Source: an uncultured Verrucomicrobiae bacterium (lineage in GTDB: Bacteria > Verrucomicrobiota > Verrucomicrobiia > Limisphaerales > JAFGQR01). Taken from it: a DNA stretch of 42,044 nucleotides. The notes under the pieces were generated by a model. That model made no database searches. It had not been told where the DNA came from and worked only from the letters and a program-made list of their open reading frames with translations. Location of the stretch: NCBI GenBank assembly GCA_963788655.1, contig CAWBHS010000067.1, forward strand, positions 1 to 42,044, given 5' to 3'. The translations under genes were made by a program, and so were the position numbers. Of this stretch, positions 41,899 to 42,044 are shown in pieces (positions within the stretch are counted from its first letter, which is position 1; every line of letters begins with the position of its first letter).

Positions 41899-41926
41899 AC
41901 CCCCGCGGGGCAAGCTCCGCGGGGGT
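41899..41926. other. Strong GC-rich hairpin upstream of the transposon operon
   Basis: ACCCCCGCGGGG-CAAG-CTCCGCGGGGGT. Confidence 0.6.
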
Positions 41927-42044
41927 TCCACTTCCGAAAGCTGGGTTGATCGCGTAAGCCGAGGGACCGAAACGCGTTTCCCTCAGCAAGTCTGATCAAA
42001 GCCGCCCGATCTTCCGTCACTTTTCGGCGCCGCGCTCAGAGTGC

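Larger units (their letters stand above)
37607..42044 (-). mobile_element. Four-gene DDE transposon (Cys-rich ORF, Mu-like DDE transposase, ExeA-like ATPase, AAA_25 ATPase); the far end may lie outside the window
   Basis: Co-oriented genes with ATGA overlaps; candidate end TGCGTTCGCAAACTGATGG at 37607 with TGATGG repeated at 37620, 37644 and 37660. Confidence 0.75.

Overview
GC-rich bacterial DNA. Protein style and repeat types suggest Verrucomicrobiota, Pedosphaerales/Limisphaerales-like (inference). Many single-base frameshifts are probably long-read consensus errors. From left to right: the 3' end of a phytoene-dehydrogenase-like oxidoreductase; yihY; a Pol-PE-Lig LigD whose ligase catalytic residues are all substituted; trigger factor; an ~18 kb block of large exported modular proteins (FG-GAP/lectin/HYR, beta-propeller, 9xIg plus cohesin-like, DNRLRE/Ig) with an uncharacterised outer-membrane beta-barrel; an integrase-less integron cassette array (candidate Pc and attI, four attC sites, one cassette broken by an IS3); a heparinase II/III-family lyase; an NYN protein; an SBBP propeller protein; a conserved hypothetical protein; tRNA-Thr(CGT) with a tyrosine integrase on its 5' side; a group II intron 5' fragment; and a four-gene DDE/dual-ATPase transposon. 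The strongest novel signal is that six otherwise different exported proteins, one of them an integron cassette remnant absent from the ORF track, end in the same ~55-65 aa Y-x-V-x-(Y/S)...W...(F/L/I)YR(L/V) domain, and one is translationally coupled to the beta-barrel gene. This is a candidate C-terminal-signal export or surface-anchoring system.
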